NCBI RefSeq assembly: GCF_001194135.2
Contig: NC_068984.1
Coordinates: 51,022,115-51,086,030, forward strand
Direction of reading: 5' to 3'
Origin: Octopus bimaculoides
Taxonomy: Eukaryota
Length of the DNA: 63,916 nt
Each line of letters begins with the position of its first letter. Positions within the stretch are counted from its first letter, which is position 1. The notes beneath the pieces were generated by a model. The model worked only from the letters and a program-made list of their open reading frames with translations, ran no database searches and was not told the origin of the DNA. Made by a program: the position numbers and the translations under genes. This document shows, one piece after another, positions 41,590 through 55,805 of this stretch.

Positions 41590-41945
41590 GTTTATCTTCT
41601 ACTTATTTCAGTCATTAGACTGCAACCACTGCCTTGGAGAATTTTTAGTCGAATGGATTTTTTTATTTTTTATTTTTATTTTAAGCTAAGGACTTATTCT
41701 GTTGTCTCTTTTGCCAAACCATTGAGTTACAAGAACGTAAACACACCCACAACTAGTTATCAAGTAGTGGTGGGACGGACACACACTCACATATATACGA
41801 CGAGATTCTTTCAGTTTCGTCTGTCAAATCCATTTACAAGACTATGGTCGGTTTAAGGCAATAATAAAAGATACTTGTCCAAGGTGCCACTCTCTGCGAC
41901 TGAACCCGGAATCAAGTGGTTACCACACAGCTACACCCGTGCCCA
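41590..41945 (-). mobile_element. SINE family A, old copy
   Basis: Diverged homolog of family A. Confidence 0.8.
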
Positions 41946-44039
41946 TGCTTATCTCTTCGGTTTTACTCTTTTGTTGTCGTAACCCATGCCTCCATGATAT
42001 ATGGATTTACGACCTCAGGTTCTAAATATGTAGTGAACGTGTAAACGCTCAACAAATGAATTAAAATAATACAGATTCCGTTTAGATATGATGGTACTAG
42101 ACTTACTGGACTATCAAGTACATTTTGCAACTCTATTCTTCCAGCTCGATATCATGTATCTATGAAATTTTCTACGTATTGTAGGTAGACATTTACGAAC
42201 ATCTGAAAATTTCATAGTTATATTATTAGTGTTCTATTGAAAAAGAAACTAGAAAATCATTTCATTCTCTAAATGCTAAATGAAATAACTTTAAGTTCTA
42301 CCCCAGTTAACTGTATCACTTCAGCTTCGTCTATTATCTCAGCATAACAAAATGAATTATTATCTGCATCTTATGATGGTTCATATTTGTAAAGAAACGC
42401 CAGAATCAATTAGTTATTTTTAAACACAGCTACCACTTACAACTTTGTATTGCACATTATTTCCTTTTTTTTTTCTTTTTGTAATAACCAATTATGCTAA
42501 TTTGACTTACTACTAGGTGCTCTGTTTCCTAGCGAATATTCAAGAGTTATGTAAATTCTCGACATCGTGGTCCAATTTTCAAAAGAATATTGCCGAAAAT
42601 TTCCATTTTAACTAACTTCAGTAGTCTTTGAGATTTACCATTGTTCAGTCTCATAGTTCTTGTGAAGACTTAAGTTCACTCAAGAACCTTCACATTTGCC
42701 CTGATACACTTCCCTTCTTTTACGTCAGCATGTAATAGGTTAATAGTGTCACCTTGTCCAAACTAGATACTCATCATCAAGAAGAAAGTTATTTCAGCTG
42801 AATAAATTCTTTTATCTGTTTCATCAATCTTAAACACTAACCAGCTGCTTCTATCTTAACATTAAATAAAAGTTAATTATATTATCAACCAATTGTCGCA
42901 GTGATCTATCATATTTCTCCAACAAAAGTCGACCTTTTCATTACGGTTATATATTTCACGAGAACGAATCTAGCGATAGTTAAACATCTAATCTATGATA
43001 ACATCGCAGTAATGTTGATGAGATACAACACGCTCCTGCATTTCACAGTAAAGGAAAGGAGGACTGATACAAGAAAAACTTTGCACTACTGCTGATTATG
43101 TTCATGCTACGATAAGTGACAATGAAAAACGGTGAAATATTTCTGAGTGTCGCAGTGACTACGTCGCTGTATTGGTTGTTGTTCTTGTATACGTGTTGTT
43201 GTTATTGTTGCTATTGTTAGCCCTTGGTGAACTTTGATGACAGACATAGGATCTAATCGTGAAATTGCCGTCTAATCATTACGACATAATGCAGCTAGGG
43301 TTGCAGTATAAAATGTTTCCTTCTCCGTTTAAGATAGTAGGGTGCGATTTAAAGGAAATTAGACTAATATTTCAATCAATTCTACTTCTTCTTGTTTTTT
43401 AACCAAAGATAAGTTCTTATTGAACAGACCTATGACCAAAGATATACCAAACGCGAATTTCCTACCTTTCAGATGTAAGTCAATATAATATTGAATTTAT
43501 CCTATCCTTATATATGACATTAGTATATGATTTGAAAGAAATTTTGTCTGCTATTTCTTACTGGTCGAGTGACCACGTAGAAGCACATGAACGTTAGTTG
43601 CTGCTGCTACAGCTGTAGTTGCTACTACTGTTGTTGCTACTGTTGCTGCTGTTGCTACTGTTGTTATTGCTAGTGCCGATGGTACCAGTGGCGCCGGCGC
43701 AAATGTCATGATATTAATTTCAGAGACCAGACGGTCTTTGCAATGAAACAAAAAGAATCTTTAATGCATTTTAGAGATGTTAATTATTTTACTGATGTTA
43801 TTTCATTCTCTGGTTAACATTCTAATCATATCCACACTATATTATTTCTCGGTGTATTCTATGGTATCGGATATAAATTTCTCCTGAATATTTAACGATT
43901 TTGAAAACGATAAGACACTATTTGGCTGCAATTTCTTGCAGGCTGATGATCGATCACAGTCTTGGAAACCAGTTATTAAATATCAGAGGTATTAATCTAA
44001 AACCGGGGTTTCCTTGTTAGATGTGAGCTATATGGCGAT

Positions 44040-45250
44040 TAATTGATCTCTGGACTGAGACACCATTGCAAGTTCTTGATGTTCATCACTGAAAGAGCCA
44101 GCGGCGATGCAACACTACAGCATTTCTTAGTGGTTTTGAATACGTGTTTCTGCATGTACACATACTTACACTACAACACAAGTAGTCCTAATGCAAATAT
44201 TCAAATGTTTTTTCAGGTGAAATAAACTCTCAAACCGCTTGGAATATACAGTTGACATGTTACGAGAAAGAAACAGCATTCAAGATTTATGGATAACACA
44301 AGCACATTATCATACGTAAACTTGCTTGGTATTCTAGAAAAAAAATTAAACATTAAATTTCTGACCAAGAAAACGCATTTCCGACGAATTGATATTTATT
44401 ATAGTTCAAATATGATAATACCAAAGTATTTAAGAGCATAAGAGGGGCAATTTTCTCGTGAGCTTTTTATAATGGTTGATTAAATTCCTTATTATTCCTC
44501 GTTCTTCTCATTGTCGTAAGGTGTTTTCAAGATATAAATTCCTAATTTTTGTAGATTATAATTTTGAATCTTTTTTTTAACAGAGATGAATCTAATATTT
44601 GTTATAAGAAAAGAAAAAATTAACACCTCCAATTTTACATCTGATTCTCCATTCAATGCTTACTGAACAAATAGAAGAAATACATGGATCAGCATCGGTA
44701 ATGTTAATTTGAATTACCCTCCATTGGATTCTGAATGCGTTGGCACAATGTGAAATCAATTTAACAACTCTTTGAATTCTTGTCATTTGTAATGTGTAGG
44801 AGATAAATCACAGACAAGTATTTAACTAATGATCAAGAAGAATAAATATAACTCACTGAAAATTAAATATTCCATCTGTGAACATGCATTATTATTCCGA
44901 ACTCACAGAACTCTGATCCGATTATATGTATCGAAGTCTGCGAAAATACTGAAAGCCTGTTTTGGATCGGTGACTTAACAACAACTGCAACGTGTTTTAC
45001 CAAGGTTAAGGAAAATTGGCTTAATTCATTACAATGAATTAAGGAAAGTAAACAGTTCAAGCACTACATTGTTCACGATGATGACTGAAAGACCCTTCAA
45101 GACATCTAAAGTAAACACATTTGAGATAAGTTGGAATTTATGTTTCCCAAAATTGAAATCTTCCTCAGAGTAATTGTGTGCATGATGGCGACCAACTGAA
45201 ACAAGAAGCATTCATTTTTCAGGATGAGACTCACAAACAATTGTTTTTAT
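44040..45250 (+). pseudogene. hAT transposase relic
   Basis: MFPKIEIFLRVIVCMMATN*NKKHSFFRMRL at 45140-45241 matches the hAT dimerisation motif FPN-EI-LRI---MMVTNCSGERSFS. Upstream FLMFITE and MRWHNVKSI fall in the expected order. Confidence 0.6.
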
Positions 45251-45779
45251 GCGACAAAAAAGAAAATGCGAAAGACTTTTTAATGAATTATAAAACAATT
45301 TCCTACACTGAAATACCACGTATATCTGATATTCAGAACTCTTTATTTTAATGTATTAGGTTCGAGAACATTGTCTTGCTAAGGGTCTCAGTTATTGATA
45401 ATACGACCCAGAGTAGTTACTTGAAAAACTAAACTACTGCAATATGTTCAGCAAGCGATCATTTGCCATCCGACATATTAATGAAAAGAAATTGTCATTC
45501 ACATTTTGCCAGGAAAAATTAAACTTGCTTTCTAATTGTTTATGTACTATACTAACAACGACTTGAAGAGTATCTTGTTTCTTATCTCAAGCAGCTTACA
45601 AATTTCTTGTGTATTAGCAACTCAAAATAACCTGACTGTTTGAATGCTTCTGAAATCTTTTCTCAAAAGGGAGTTACATTGATTAAAGGAATTTTGTTTT
45701 GTATTTGCGCAATTTTTCTTTTTTTGAGTGAATCACCATTACTATATAACTCACTGAATATAAATAAAAAAAATTCTCT

Positions 45780-46640
45780 CCACTCTCCACTGACTGGTTC
45801 AAAACGTGATTAGGTTTTCTCACGTGGTTTCTAAGAACAGTTACTAACTTTTTTCTGACGACGTAATGTATTTTTATTTCGCAAAGGATTAAACATTAGT
45901 ACACGTCATTGCTCTAGCTGAGATGGCTCGTCTTTATAACAACGTCTTCTTACTCTATACACGTCATGTGATCAATCAAAAGTGGAAGATTCTGAAAGTA
46001 TAGAAACAACCTAAAAATACTTCACAATGTCCAAATGTGCAAAAGCAAATATAAGACCCCGGAGAGGCCACCTCACTGGCTCAAATCTAGCTGGTCGAGA
46101 CGGCATAGGTTTTGAGAGGCTGTTTATAGATGTGCATCCAAAATATTAGGAATCAGTAGAGTTGTTAGTATGCTGGACTAGTATGCCTCATGGCATATCC
46201 TCCGGCTTTACGTTCTGAGTTCAAATTCCGCCGAGGTTGACTTTGTCTTTCGTTCTTACGAGGTCGATGAAATAAATACCAGTTAAAAACTGATGTCGAT
46301 GTAATCAACTTAACCCCTTCCCGAAATTGCTGGCTTTGTGCCAAAATATGAAACCATTATTTTTCTCCTTTTTTTTTTTTGTGTCTACCGAATGGAACAG
46401 TGGCCTGGTTCATTTTGCGTTTTGCTTTCGCGGTCTAAAAATTATCTACTTATTTGAATCAAAGCACCGGAAGTTGTTATCAAAAGTTTGAAATAAACCG
46501 TTACGAATAAATTATGATTATTTCAGAGATTAAAAGAAAAGCGCGAGACTACAGAGATGTGATTGGTGTATGGTGAAGGTGTTGTGGGTGGAGTTGTATT
46601 TCGGCTTTGGGATAAGTGATACGGATATGTTTAATCGGTG
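45780..46640. promoter_or_regulatory. Promoter-like motif cluster
   Basis: CACGTG at 45821, CACGTCA at 45902 and 45960, ETS CCGGAAGT at 46467-46474, reverse CCAAT at 46562-46566. Confidence 0.3.
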
Positions 46641-47838
46641 TAGCTGGTAATATTATTGTATATGTGTGAGCTCTGTTATAATCATGGGGCCACATTTTGG
46701 TACAAGACCAGCAATTTTAGAGGGAGTGAATTAGTCGATTTCATCGATTCTATTGCTCAATTGCTACTTATTTTATCGACCCTGAAAGGATGAAAGGTAA
46801 ATTTGACCTCGATGGAATTTGAACACAGAACGTAAAGGGCCAGAAGAAATTATCACTGAAAACCAATCAAAAAGCCTTTTAATCTTCCTTTGTTTTACAA
46901 GCACGTATCGTCTTCTTGAATGCTAGTCAGAGGAAAGAAAACGTTTTAAGTCGCAAGATATAAGATCGAAAGCCATTGATCAAAATGAAGTTATCAAGAT
47001 AAGATACCACAGAAAAAATAATTTCTTCAAGTTATATAAGTACATGAATACGACTGAAATAAAATGTAAATCACAGTTTTAAATGCTTGATCTTTGCAAC
47101 TCGTCAAAAGCCGTATTTGCAATAGTTGTGTACGTTATTATTGCCAATGGGACGAGAGCGTGAAATTTGCGTAACAAAAAAGTTCGTAAGCTCAAGTCCT
47201 TTTGATTGTTAATGATATCAAATACTATAAAACATTATTTTTCAGACCATAAAAGATGCCAACCAATCTATAAATCCAAAGTATAAATGTATCAATATCA
47301 ATAATAAATTGATTAAAATATTTCAGCTTATAATTAATTTGGTCAATTCTTTAAATTCCGTTTGAATTAAAAACCACCATCTGCCAAACTGGCGGGAATA
47401 CCCATGTTGGTGATGGCTCAAGATTTCGGTATAGCTTCCTGGCTCTGTCTCGCTTGGCTCCATGTAGCAAGCAAGTCACTTTCAACAAAGGAGGCGGAGA
47501 ATAGCTATAAAGTTTTTTAAACGTTTGCTCATTGGTGGTATCATTTGAGATATTCTTCTTTTAATTAAAAGAAATTATGTGGCCCCAGAATATGTGTTAT
47601 TGTGTTGACTCAGGTCAGTCCTAACCAACAAGACCTATAATTAAAAGCACTCCCGGGATAATCATTCTTAGTTTTTCAGGAGTAATGTATCTAAAACGTC
47701 ATGATGCACTGTATCCATGGCCGTTTTAAGACGGTAGGGAATGAATGATGGTTGCTATTTGGAATGTTATTTGTAGCAAACAGATCGACCACGTGGTGAA
47801 ATCTTTTATTTGTTCCAGTCATTGGACTTCATGTCTGA

Positions 47839-47919
47839 AGCTCCGATGAAGCTATAAAGTGTTACTCAGGCACTCAACTATAATTCCAATGCATCATATA
47901 GCAGAAACAGCTGTAAGCT
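47839..47919 (+). ncRNA. Minimal type I hammerhead ribozyme-like motif in a repeat
   Basis: Stem I AGCT/AGCT, core CCGATGA, stem II GCTATA/TATAGC, then GAAAC-agct-GTA with a palindromic stem III. Confidence 0.55.
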
Positions 47920-48066
47920 GGTGAAGTTCATGAGATAATTTCTTATTCCTTCGTCATTTTAGTTTCTTATTACTGCTCTGTACTCGACTGACGTTTTGTT
48001 CTGAAGCATATGTATTTTGAATTCTAATACAAGGTTATTAGTATCGCTATTTCTAAGCGAAATAAT

Positions 48067-48289
48067 TATAATCCTTTCTACAACAGGCACAAGGCCTGAA
48101 ATTTGTAAGAAGGGGGCAAATCGATCACATCGACCCCAGTGCTTTATTTGTACTTAATTTATCGACCCCCGAAATGATGAAAGGCAAAGTCGAGCTCGGC
48201 GGAATTTGAACTCAAGGCGTAAAGAAAGAGCGAAATACCGCCACGCATTTTGCCAGGCGTGCTAATGATTCTGCCAGTTCGCCGCCTTA
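48067..48289 (-). mobile_element. SINE family B, full length, with 12-bp TSD
   Basis: AAGCGAAATAAT at 48055-48066 and 48290-48301. Confidence 0.9.
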
Positions 48290-48814
48290 AAGCGAAATAA
48301 TAATTATGATAATACACACACTCACACAGAGTTTCTGCCTACTAAACTCTCTCACAAGGCATTGGACTGTCCGGAACTATAGTAGAAGACACTTGCCTTA
48401 GTTGCCGTGCATTAAAACTGAACCTTAAACCATATGGTTACAAAGTAAGCTTTTTAATCACGTAGCCATGCCTGCGCTTCATTTCCTTTTTTTTCAAAAA
48501 TGTATGTGGATCTTACCCAAAGATACAGATAAATCCAAACGAATGATAAAATATCTACTATATAATAGAAGCGGAAGTTATTATTTTTATAGGTATTTAG
48601 AAATACATTTTCTTTTAAAATGTATGTAATAGGCGTAGGAGTGGCTGTGTGGTAAGTAGCTAGCTTACCAACCACATGGTCCCGGGTTCAGTCCCACTCT
48701 CGATCTCACATCCGTGTGATTACCGGCCATGGCAGCTTTACTTTTAAGCTAAACTGCCTACTAACAAATTCTTATGCAATTTTTGAACTCATAAATATAA
48801 CTTTTATAGACGCT

Positions 48815-49155
48815 CTCTTTACTTGTTTCAGTCATTTGACTGCGGCCATGCTGGAGCACCGGCTTTAGTCGAGCAAATCGACCCCAGGACTTATTCTTTC
48901 TAAGCCTAATACTTATTCTATCGGTCTTTTTTGCCGAACCGCTAAGTTACGGGGACGTAAACACACCAGCATCGGTTGTCAAGCGATGTTGGGGGGACAA
49001 ACTCACACACAAACACACATATATGTATACATATACATATATACGACGGGTTTCCGTCTACCAAATCCACTCACAGTGCTTTGGTCGGCCCGAGGCTATA
49101 ATAGAAGACACTTGCCCAAGGTGCCACGCAGTGGGACTGAATCCGAAGCCATTAG
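48815..49155 (-). mobile_element. SINE family A (family A fragments also at 48320-48475 minus and 48630-48690 plus)
   Basis: High similarity to 2956-3312. Confidence 0.9.
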
Positions 49156-49377
49156 ACTNNNNNNNNNNNNNNNNNNNNNNNNNNNNNNNNNNNNNNNNNN
49201 NNNNNNNNNNNNNNNNNNNNNNNNNNNNNNNNNNNNNNNNNNNNNNNNNNNNNNNNNNNNNNNNNNNNNNNNNNNNNNNNNNNNNNNNNNNNNNNNNNNN
49301 NNNNNNNNNNNNNNNNNNNNNNNNNNNNNNNNNNNNNNNNNNNNNNNNNNNNNNNNNNNNNNNNNNNNNNNNNNNNN

Positions 49378-49444
<67 letters not shown>

Positions 49445-50240
49445 ACTGCGTCTTTTGCGCATAAGGATTTTTTTATTAGCCAGTTGGGTAACTATAACAT
49501 CAGTGATTTTTAGTCACAGCTTTTCCTGTATGAGTGACGATGGTTTTTGTCTCCGCATGCGGTCGATTGCCTTTGAGCACATGCTACTGACGAAGCCTAA
49601 AGAGGCAGAAAATAGTCATCTACCATCACCTCTACCTTTTTTTTTTTTTGCTACTGGTATATTATTGAGTTATTTAATACTGTATGTTTATAAGAGATTA
49701 CAGACTTACATCAATTTATGCATTTATGTATATGCAAAATGTGTGCGAGTGCGTATTAAGTGTACGTTTTTATGCACGTGAGTATATGTATATGTATGTA
49801 TCTGCATGTATATGTATAACTCTGTGAGAGAAATGATTATTTTATCTCCATACGTCACTTTATACGTACGGACTCTTTCTTCAAACAGGCAAATTCCATC
49901 AACAGTAAGTCAAGGTCACAATACAAAAGTCAACACATACAAAGGTCAATGTATGAATCCAAGTGGGAAAAGGAATCACGCTGATTTGATGGCACTGTTC
50001 ACATGGTACGCTGTGACAGGTACAAAAAGCCCTGTCTTGTCAATATTAGACAATAAAAGCACGAGGACTTATGCAGTGACATGATCGTCTGGGGCATTTG
50101 AACTAAATAGTAATACACGTACGTATACATACTTGTGAAAACTGGCACACATACGTAAGGCACATATGCACACACATATAAACATACACACGCATATACG
50201 TACCGGGTGTCTGTGTGTGTGTCTATGAGTGTCTGCTTAC

Positions 50241-50273
<33 letters not shown>

Positions 50274-51833
50274 NNNNNNNNNNNNNNNNNNNNNNNNNNN
50301 NNNNNNNNNNNNNNNNNNNNNNNNNNNNNNNNNNNNNNNNNNNNNNNNNNNNNNNNNNNNNNNNNNNNNNNNNNNNNNNNNNNNNNNNNNNNNNNNNNNN
50401 NNNNNNNNNNNNNNNNNNNNNNNNNNNNNNNNNNNNNNNNNNNNNNNNNNNNNNNNNNNNNNNNNNNNNNNNNNNNNNNNNNCATGCACATATATGCATT
50501 TATACACATATTCACACACATATACCTGATTATGTACACACGAAACTAAGAGGGGCATACGCATAGGTGTGTATGTATGTATATACATATGCACGTACCT
50601 ATGTATGTATTTATGCATGCATAAGAGATATTTTCTTAGTCTTAAAAACCAACACTGTTCTAATTTTGTCTTTTTTATCAATGTTCTCTTCACATATATT
50701 CGTATAAGCTATACTTCGCACATCGCTTAGAATATTGAAGGACAGAAATCTAACTTAAGTCTTCCTAGGCTTTCTAAGTCTCATCTTCCGGATTAAATAA
50801 TTTGGTTGCTTACACCGCTTCTGTATATCGGGCTGAACAAATATAATTTGTGTAGACATTGCCGCCTGATATTGAATTTTTAATCTATTTGACTTATACA
50901 TTATCCTTTTCGTGTCTCATTTTGTTTGTGACTAATATATTTTATATACCAGATAGCAACAATACACCACGAACATTGCATCGTCCAGTGGATGAGACTT
51001 ATCAAGATCCACAAAGTTTACAATAAATTTGGTAACTGAATGATTCCAAATAGAGATAGAAAACCTCATGCAATATGAACAAAATTATGAGAACAGTGGT
51101 GTACATAACATTTAGATTTATGTGTGTGTGCGTGTGTGTATGTGTGCGTGTGTGATTGTGTGTGTGTGGGTGTGTGATTGTATGTGTGTGTGTGTGCGCG
51201 TGTGTGTGTGTGATGTGTGTATGTGTATGTGTGTGTGTGGTATAACATCACGCAAGCAATTTGTTTAGTTGGTACTATATAAGTCCATGTTAGAGATTAC
51301 ATTTTAGCGTGCAATACCCTTTACACTTCATACTCGGCAACGTGTACCGGGCTTTTAAAGAAAATATTCGCAAGTCTGAACACTCGTTAATGTTTATTAC
51401 CAGACACAGCCAAGTAAATAACTGAAATTATAGGATGTGCAATACTTCCTTTATGTACAATAATTATGGTACAATATTTCGAACTAGCAACAGCAACTAT
51501 AAAACTTAATTGATGCTTTTTATAAAGATAGTCTTGGAATATTTCATTACACTCCATGGTTCCAAACTGAAAAGCAACACATCAAATATAATTAGTGGTC
51601 TCATTTAACAAAACCTCAAGACAAAACTTGAAAGATGGTTATGGCTAATTGATTGGACTCCAGTGAAGGATACAGATCGACAAAGGGTTGTCTTTAGAAT
51701 TTTTATTCTGCAACAACAAAAGAAAAAAACATGGATTGAATTAATTGCAAGAAAGACGTTAATCAGATGACCTACTTCCGTCCTTGTCCAATGACCTAAA
51801 CACTGACTTGCTACTCGACTTGGTGCAATAACC

Positions 51834-51875
51834 AAGTAGAAAGCAGCCAAAATTACAATATATGTATACAATATA

Positions 51876-51911
<36 letters not shown>

Positions 51912-51932
51912 AATTTTGGCTGCTTTCTACTT
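51834..51932. repeat. Perfect 30-bp inverted repeat around an (AT)n core
   Basis: AAGTAGAAAGCAGCCAAAATTACAATATAT at 51834-51863; reverse complement at 51903-51932. Confidence 0.9.
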
Positions 51933-52379
51933 CAACATCTAATTTTTCAAAGCAGTAATCCTATTGAATATCAAGTTTCAACCAGGTTAATTGGAACTTA
52001 CATATTGCGGCCGTTCCAAGCGACTGCTTTAATTTAATTGACTAATGAAGACATTACATTGCAAAGAAACTGTCTTCGTCAGATGACTGCATAGACTTCA
52101 CACACAAAGGACAAACCAACTGCTTTAACATATTCGTAACATATTCACTAACAGAGCTCAAATACATTCATTTTGCTGTTATATCATCTGCTCAAGATAT
52201 AACACCAGAATCAATGTACGTATGTTTTCATTAATCCATTAAAGGAGTCGCTTGAAACGGGCGTAATGAATTGACACCTGTACATCTTTCTTACTCATCT
52301 ATATTTTATTCACCTACCCTGGAATCTGCACTTCAGGAAGTTTATAGAAAGTATTTTTGTAATTTTATATAGATGGTTC

Positions 52380-52780
<401 letters not shown>

Positions 52781-53388
52781 AGAAAAGAAAGAAAGAGAAC
52801 ATGTCTGAAAAACCAAGAGCGGATCTCTTCACTAAGTTGTGTCGTGTTATTTGCATACACTGTAAGAATATCTAGTGCAAACACTTCTGCACAGTTTGAT
52901 ATTCACCTGATCTTGTTTGGGCGTGCAAATTAAATCAACCTAACAAGGTGCCTCAATTTATGTACCTAATTCCACCGAATCTTAATATATATANNNNNNN
53001 NNNNNNNNNNNNNNNNNNNNNNNNNNNNNNNNNNNNNNNNNNNNNNNNNNNNNNNNNNNNNNNNNNNNNNNNNNNNNNNNNNNATATATATATATATATA
53101 AAGAGGTAATAGCGATTAATAAATCCAGGTAAAAGTAACGTCCATGGAAATATATATATGCACTAATACCTTGACATCCTTGTTATTTATTTGCTTTATA
53201 TATATATATATATATATAAATATACACACACACACATTCATATATCGCTTAGGCATAGCGAGACGAATAACCTAGTGTAGAACTCAATATACATATGGTT
53301 CAGAACACAATGTTTGATGAGTGTAGAGTGGTAATAGGAACAAAGAGATGACACCAGAGAAAGCAAAGGTTATGTAATGAGCTTCGTT

Positions 53389-53466
53389 AGCTTACAGCTG
53401 TTTCTGCGATAAGATGTTGTGGACTCATAGTTGAGAACCTTGGTAACATCCTATAGCATCATCGTA
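53389..53466 (-). ncRNA. Degenerate second copy of the hammerhead-like repeat at 47839
   Basis: Minus strand: ACGATGA-T-GCTATA...TATCGC-A-GAAACAGCTGTAAGCT; the loop is also alignable. Confidence 0.5.
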
Positions 53467-55173
53467 TATATACGCCTCAGCATGGCCGAAGCCCACTAAC
53501 CGAAACAAAAAAATAATATATACATAGTCATGAAAATTTTCGGAATCAACTACTTATAGCCTCTTCTGGTAAACGTGAATGTGATACGGTTTCAACTTCT
53601 TATTGAAACTGTGTCGAGAGGTAATCTTAGCTGGAGATTACATACTCGTATAGCACTACCTATGGTTGTCATTTCTTAATGCAAAATTTCAAACTTTAAT
53701 TTACAATTTAAACAAAATAGAAATATTGGCTTGAAATTTCTTAGGGAGAGTATAAAACGAAATATGCTACAATTAATAAAGTATTAAAATATTTTTTTTA
53801 AAGTAGTACTAACTAAAAATAGAATATAATTTTGTTATTTGATGAACTAATCCTGCAATCAAACTTCTAAACAGTTTTTGTTGTTGTTTTCTTTCGTATT
53901 AAACCAAGAATTATTATATGTTAATTACATACCTTTATGTTCTGAGTTAAAATCCTGTCGTGAATAAATTTAATCCTTTAGGGGTTGTTAAAATAATTAC
54001 AAGCTAAGAACTGGAGTCGCTTTAAATGACTGTTCCCTACTACAAAACTTATATTGAACTTCTTTAAATATGTCATGTAATGACAAAAATACATATTCAG
54101 TATATATTCATTTGAATAGTGAATTGCATGACTATAATTCGTGACTGCGTTCAAATCTCGCTGTGGTCAGACTTAGTTTTCATTTTATGATTGGTTATTG
54201 AAATAAGGACCTGTCAAGGATAGATGTATTTGAAATATTGTATGTCTAACCTATAATTTCTTGATGGTCCTTCTGCGTATAGTTCTAAAGAGTTAGTTGA
54301 GATAATTGAAGAAGTAGTGGAAAGAAAATTTTTACACAATTTAATTGCATTCCTTTAATATCATTGGATTGACTTTGCCATTTATTCCTCAGACAGAATA
54401 CGTACCAGTACTTTTCAAATATGCATCAATCGACAATTCCTTCTCCTACACACTTGTCACCTTTGTACCAATATATAACAGAAATTATTGCGTAGTCACA
54501 GTACCTTATATTTGGCGGCGGGGGAAATGCTCTTTATACGAGCAAACGAAGTGGCGCTTACGCAGATGTTCTAGTTGCTAGAAAAAGAAGCCGGATATTT
54601 CTCAGAATATACCTTATTGTCTTAAAAAAGAAAAGACACGGAGGTCACATTAAATAAATTAGTCCTCTATACACTGTACCTTTGATTATAAGTCTGCTCG
54701 GTCAGAGTTCATCTGAAGCCAAATACCATAAATCAACAGCAGCAACAACAACACCTTCATGAAATATTAGCTCCATTATTTATTTATTGATGTATTCTTT
54801 GATAATAACTTCAAATCTGTCGTAACATTTTTTCTAATTATAAATCTTCGTCTTTATATTTTTCTACCTCTTCTATGAAAACATTAATGTTATTTTAGGA
54901 AATGTTAACATCAATTGTAATAGATATTATAACTAACGTTTATTTATTTATTTATTTATTTGAAGATTTTAGTATTAGGTAAGAGTGAGATTGATGAAGC
55001 GGTCCAATTGATATCAGTTTCGGTTCAGAGGATGGGATTAAATGTCAATCTTACTTCGGCATTTTCTGCAGGATTTCTGGATAACTCATCAAGTCATCAG
55101 TCTACATATCAGTAAATTAGGAAACAAGGTGCAAAAGGTGACTCGGTACGAACTAATAATGATAATAATAATA

Positions 55174-55259
<86 letters not shown>

Positions 55260-55603
55260 NNNNNNNNNNNNNNNNNNNNNNNNNNNNNNNNNNNNNNNNN
55301 NNNNNNNNNNNNNNNNNNNNNNNNNNNNNNNNNNNNNNNNNNNNNNNNNNNNNNNNNNNNNNNNNNNNNNNNNNNNNNNNNNNNNNNNNNNNNNNNNNNN
55401 NNNNNNNNNNNNNNNNNNNNNNNNNNNNNNNNNNNNNNNNNNNNNNNNNNNNNNNNNNNNNNNNNNNNNNNNNNNNNNNNNNNNNNNNNNNNNNNNNNNN
55501 NNNNNNNNNNNNNNNNNNNNNNNNNNNNNNNNNNNNNNNNNNNNNNNNNNNNNNNNNNNNNNNNNNNNNNNNNNNNNNNNNNNNNNNNNNNNNNNNNNNN
55601 NNN

Positions 55604-55747
55604 TGGGCACTGCACACATCCTACGCAAAACACTTTCAATACAGTAACCATAAGAGCACCACAGCAAACCACAGCACATACCCAAGGCGCACAGAGCTGC
55701 GCTCGGTAGTGAAGTGAAAGCACGTTATAAAAATAAAACTACTAAAC

Positions 55748-55805
<58 letters not shown>

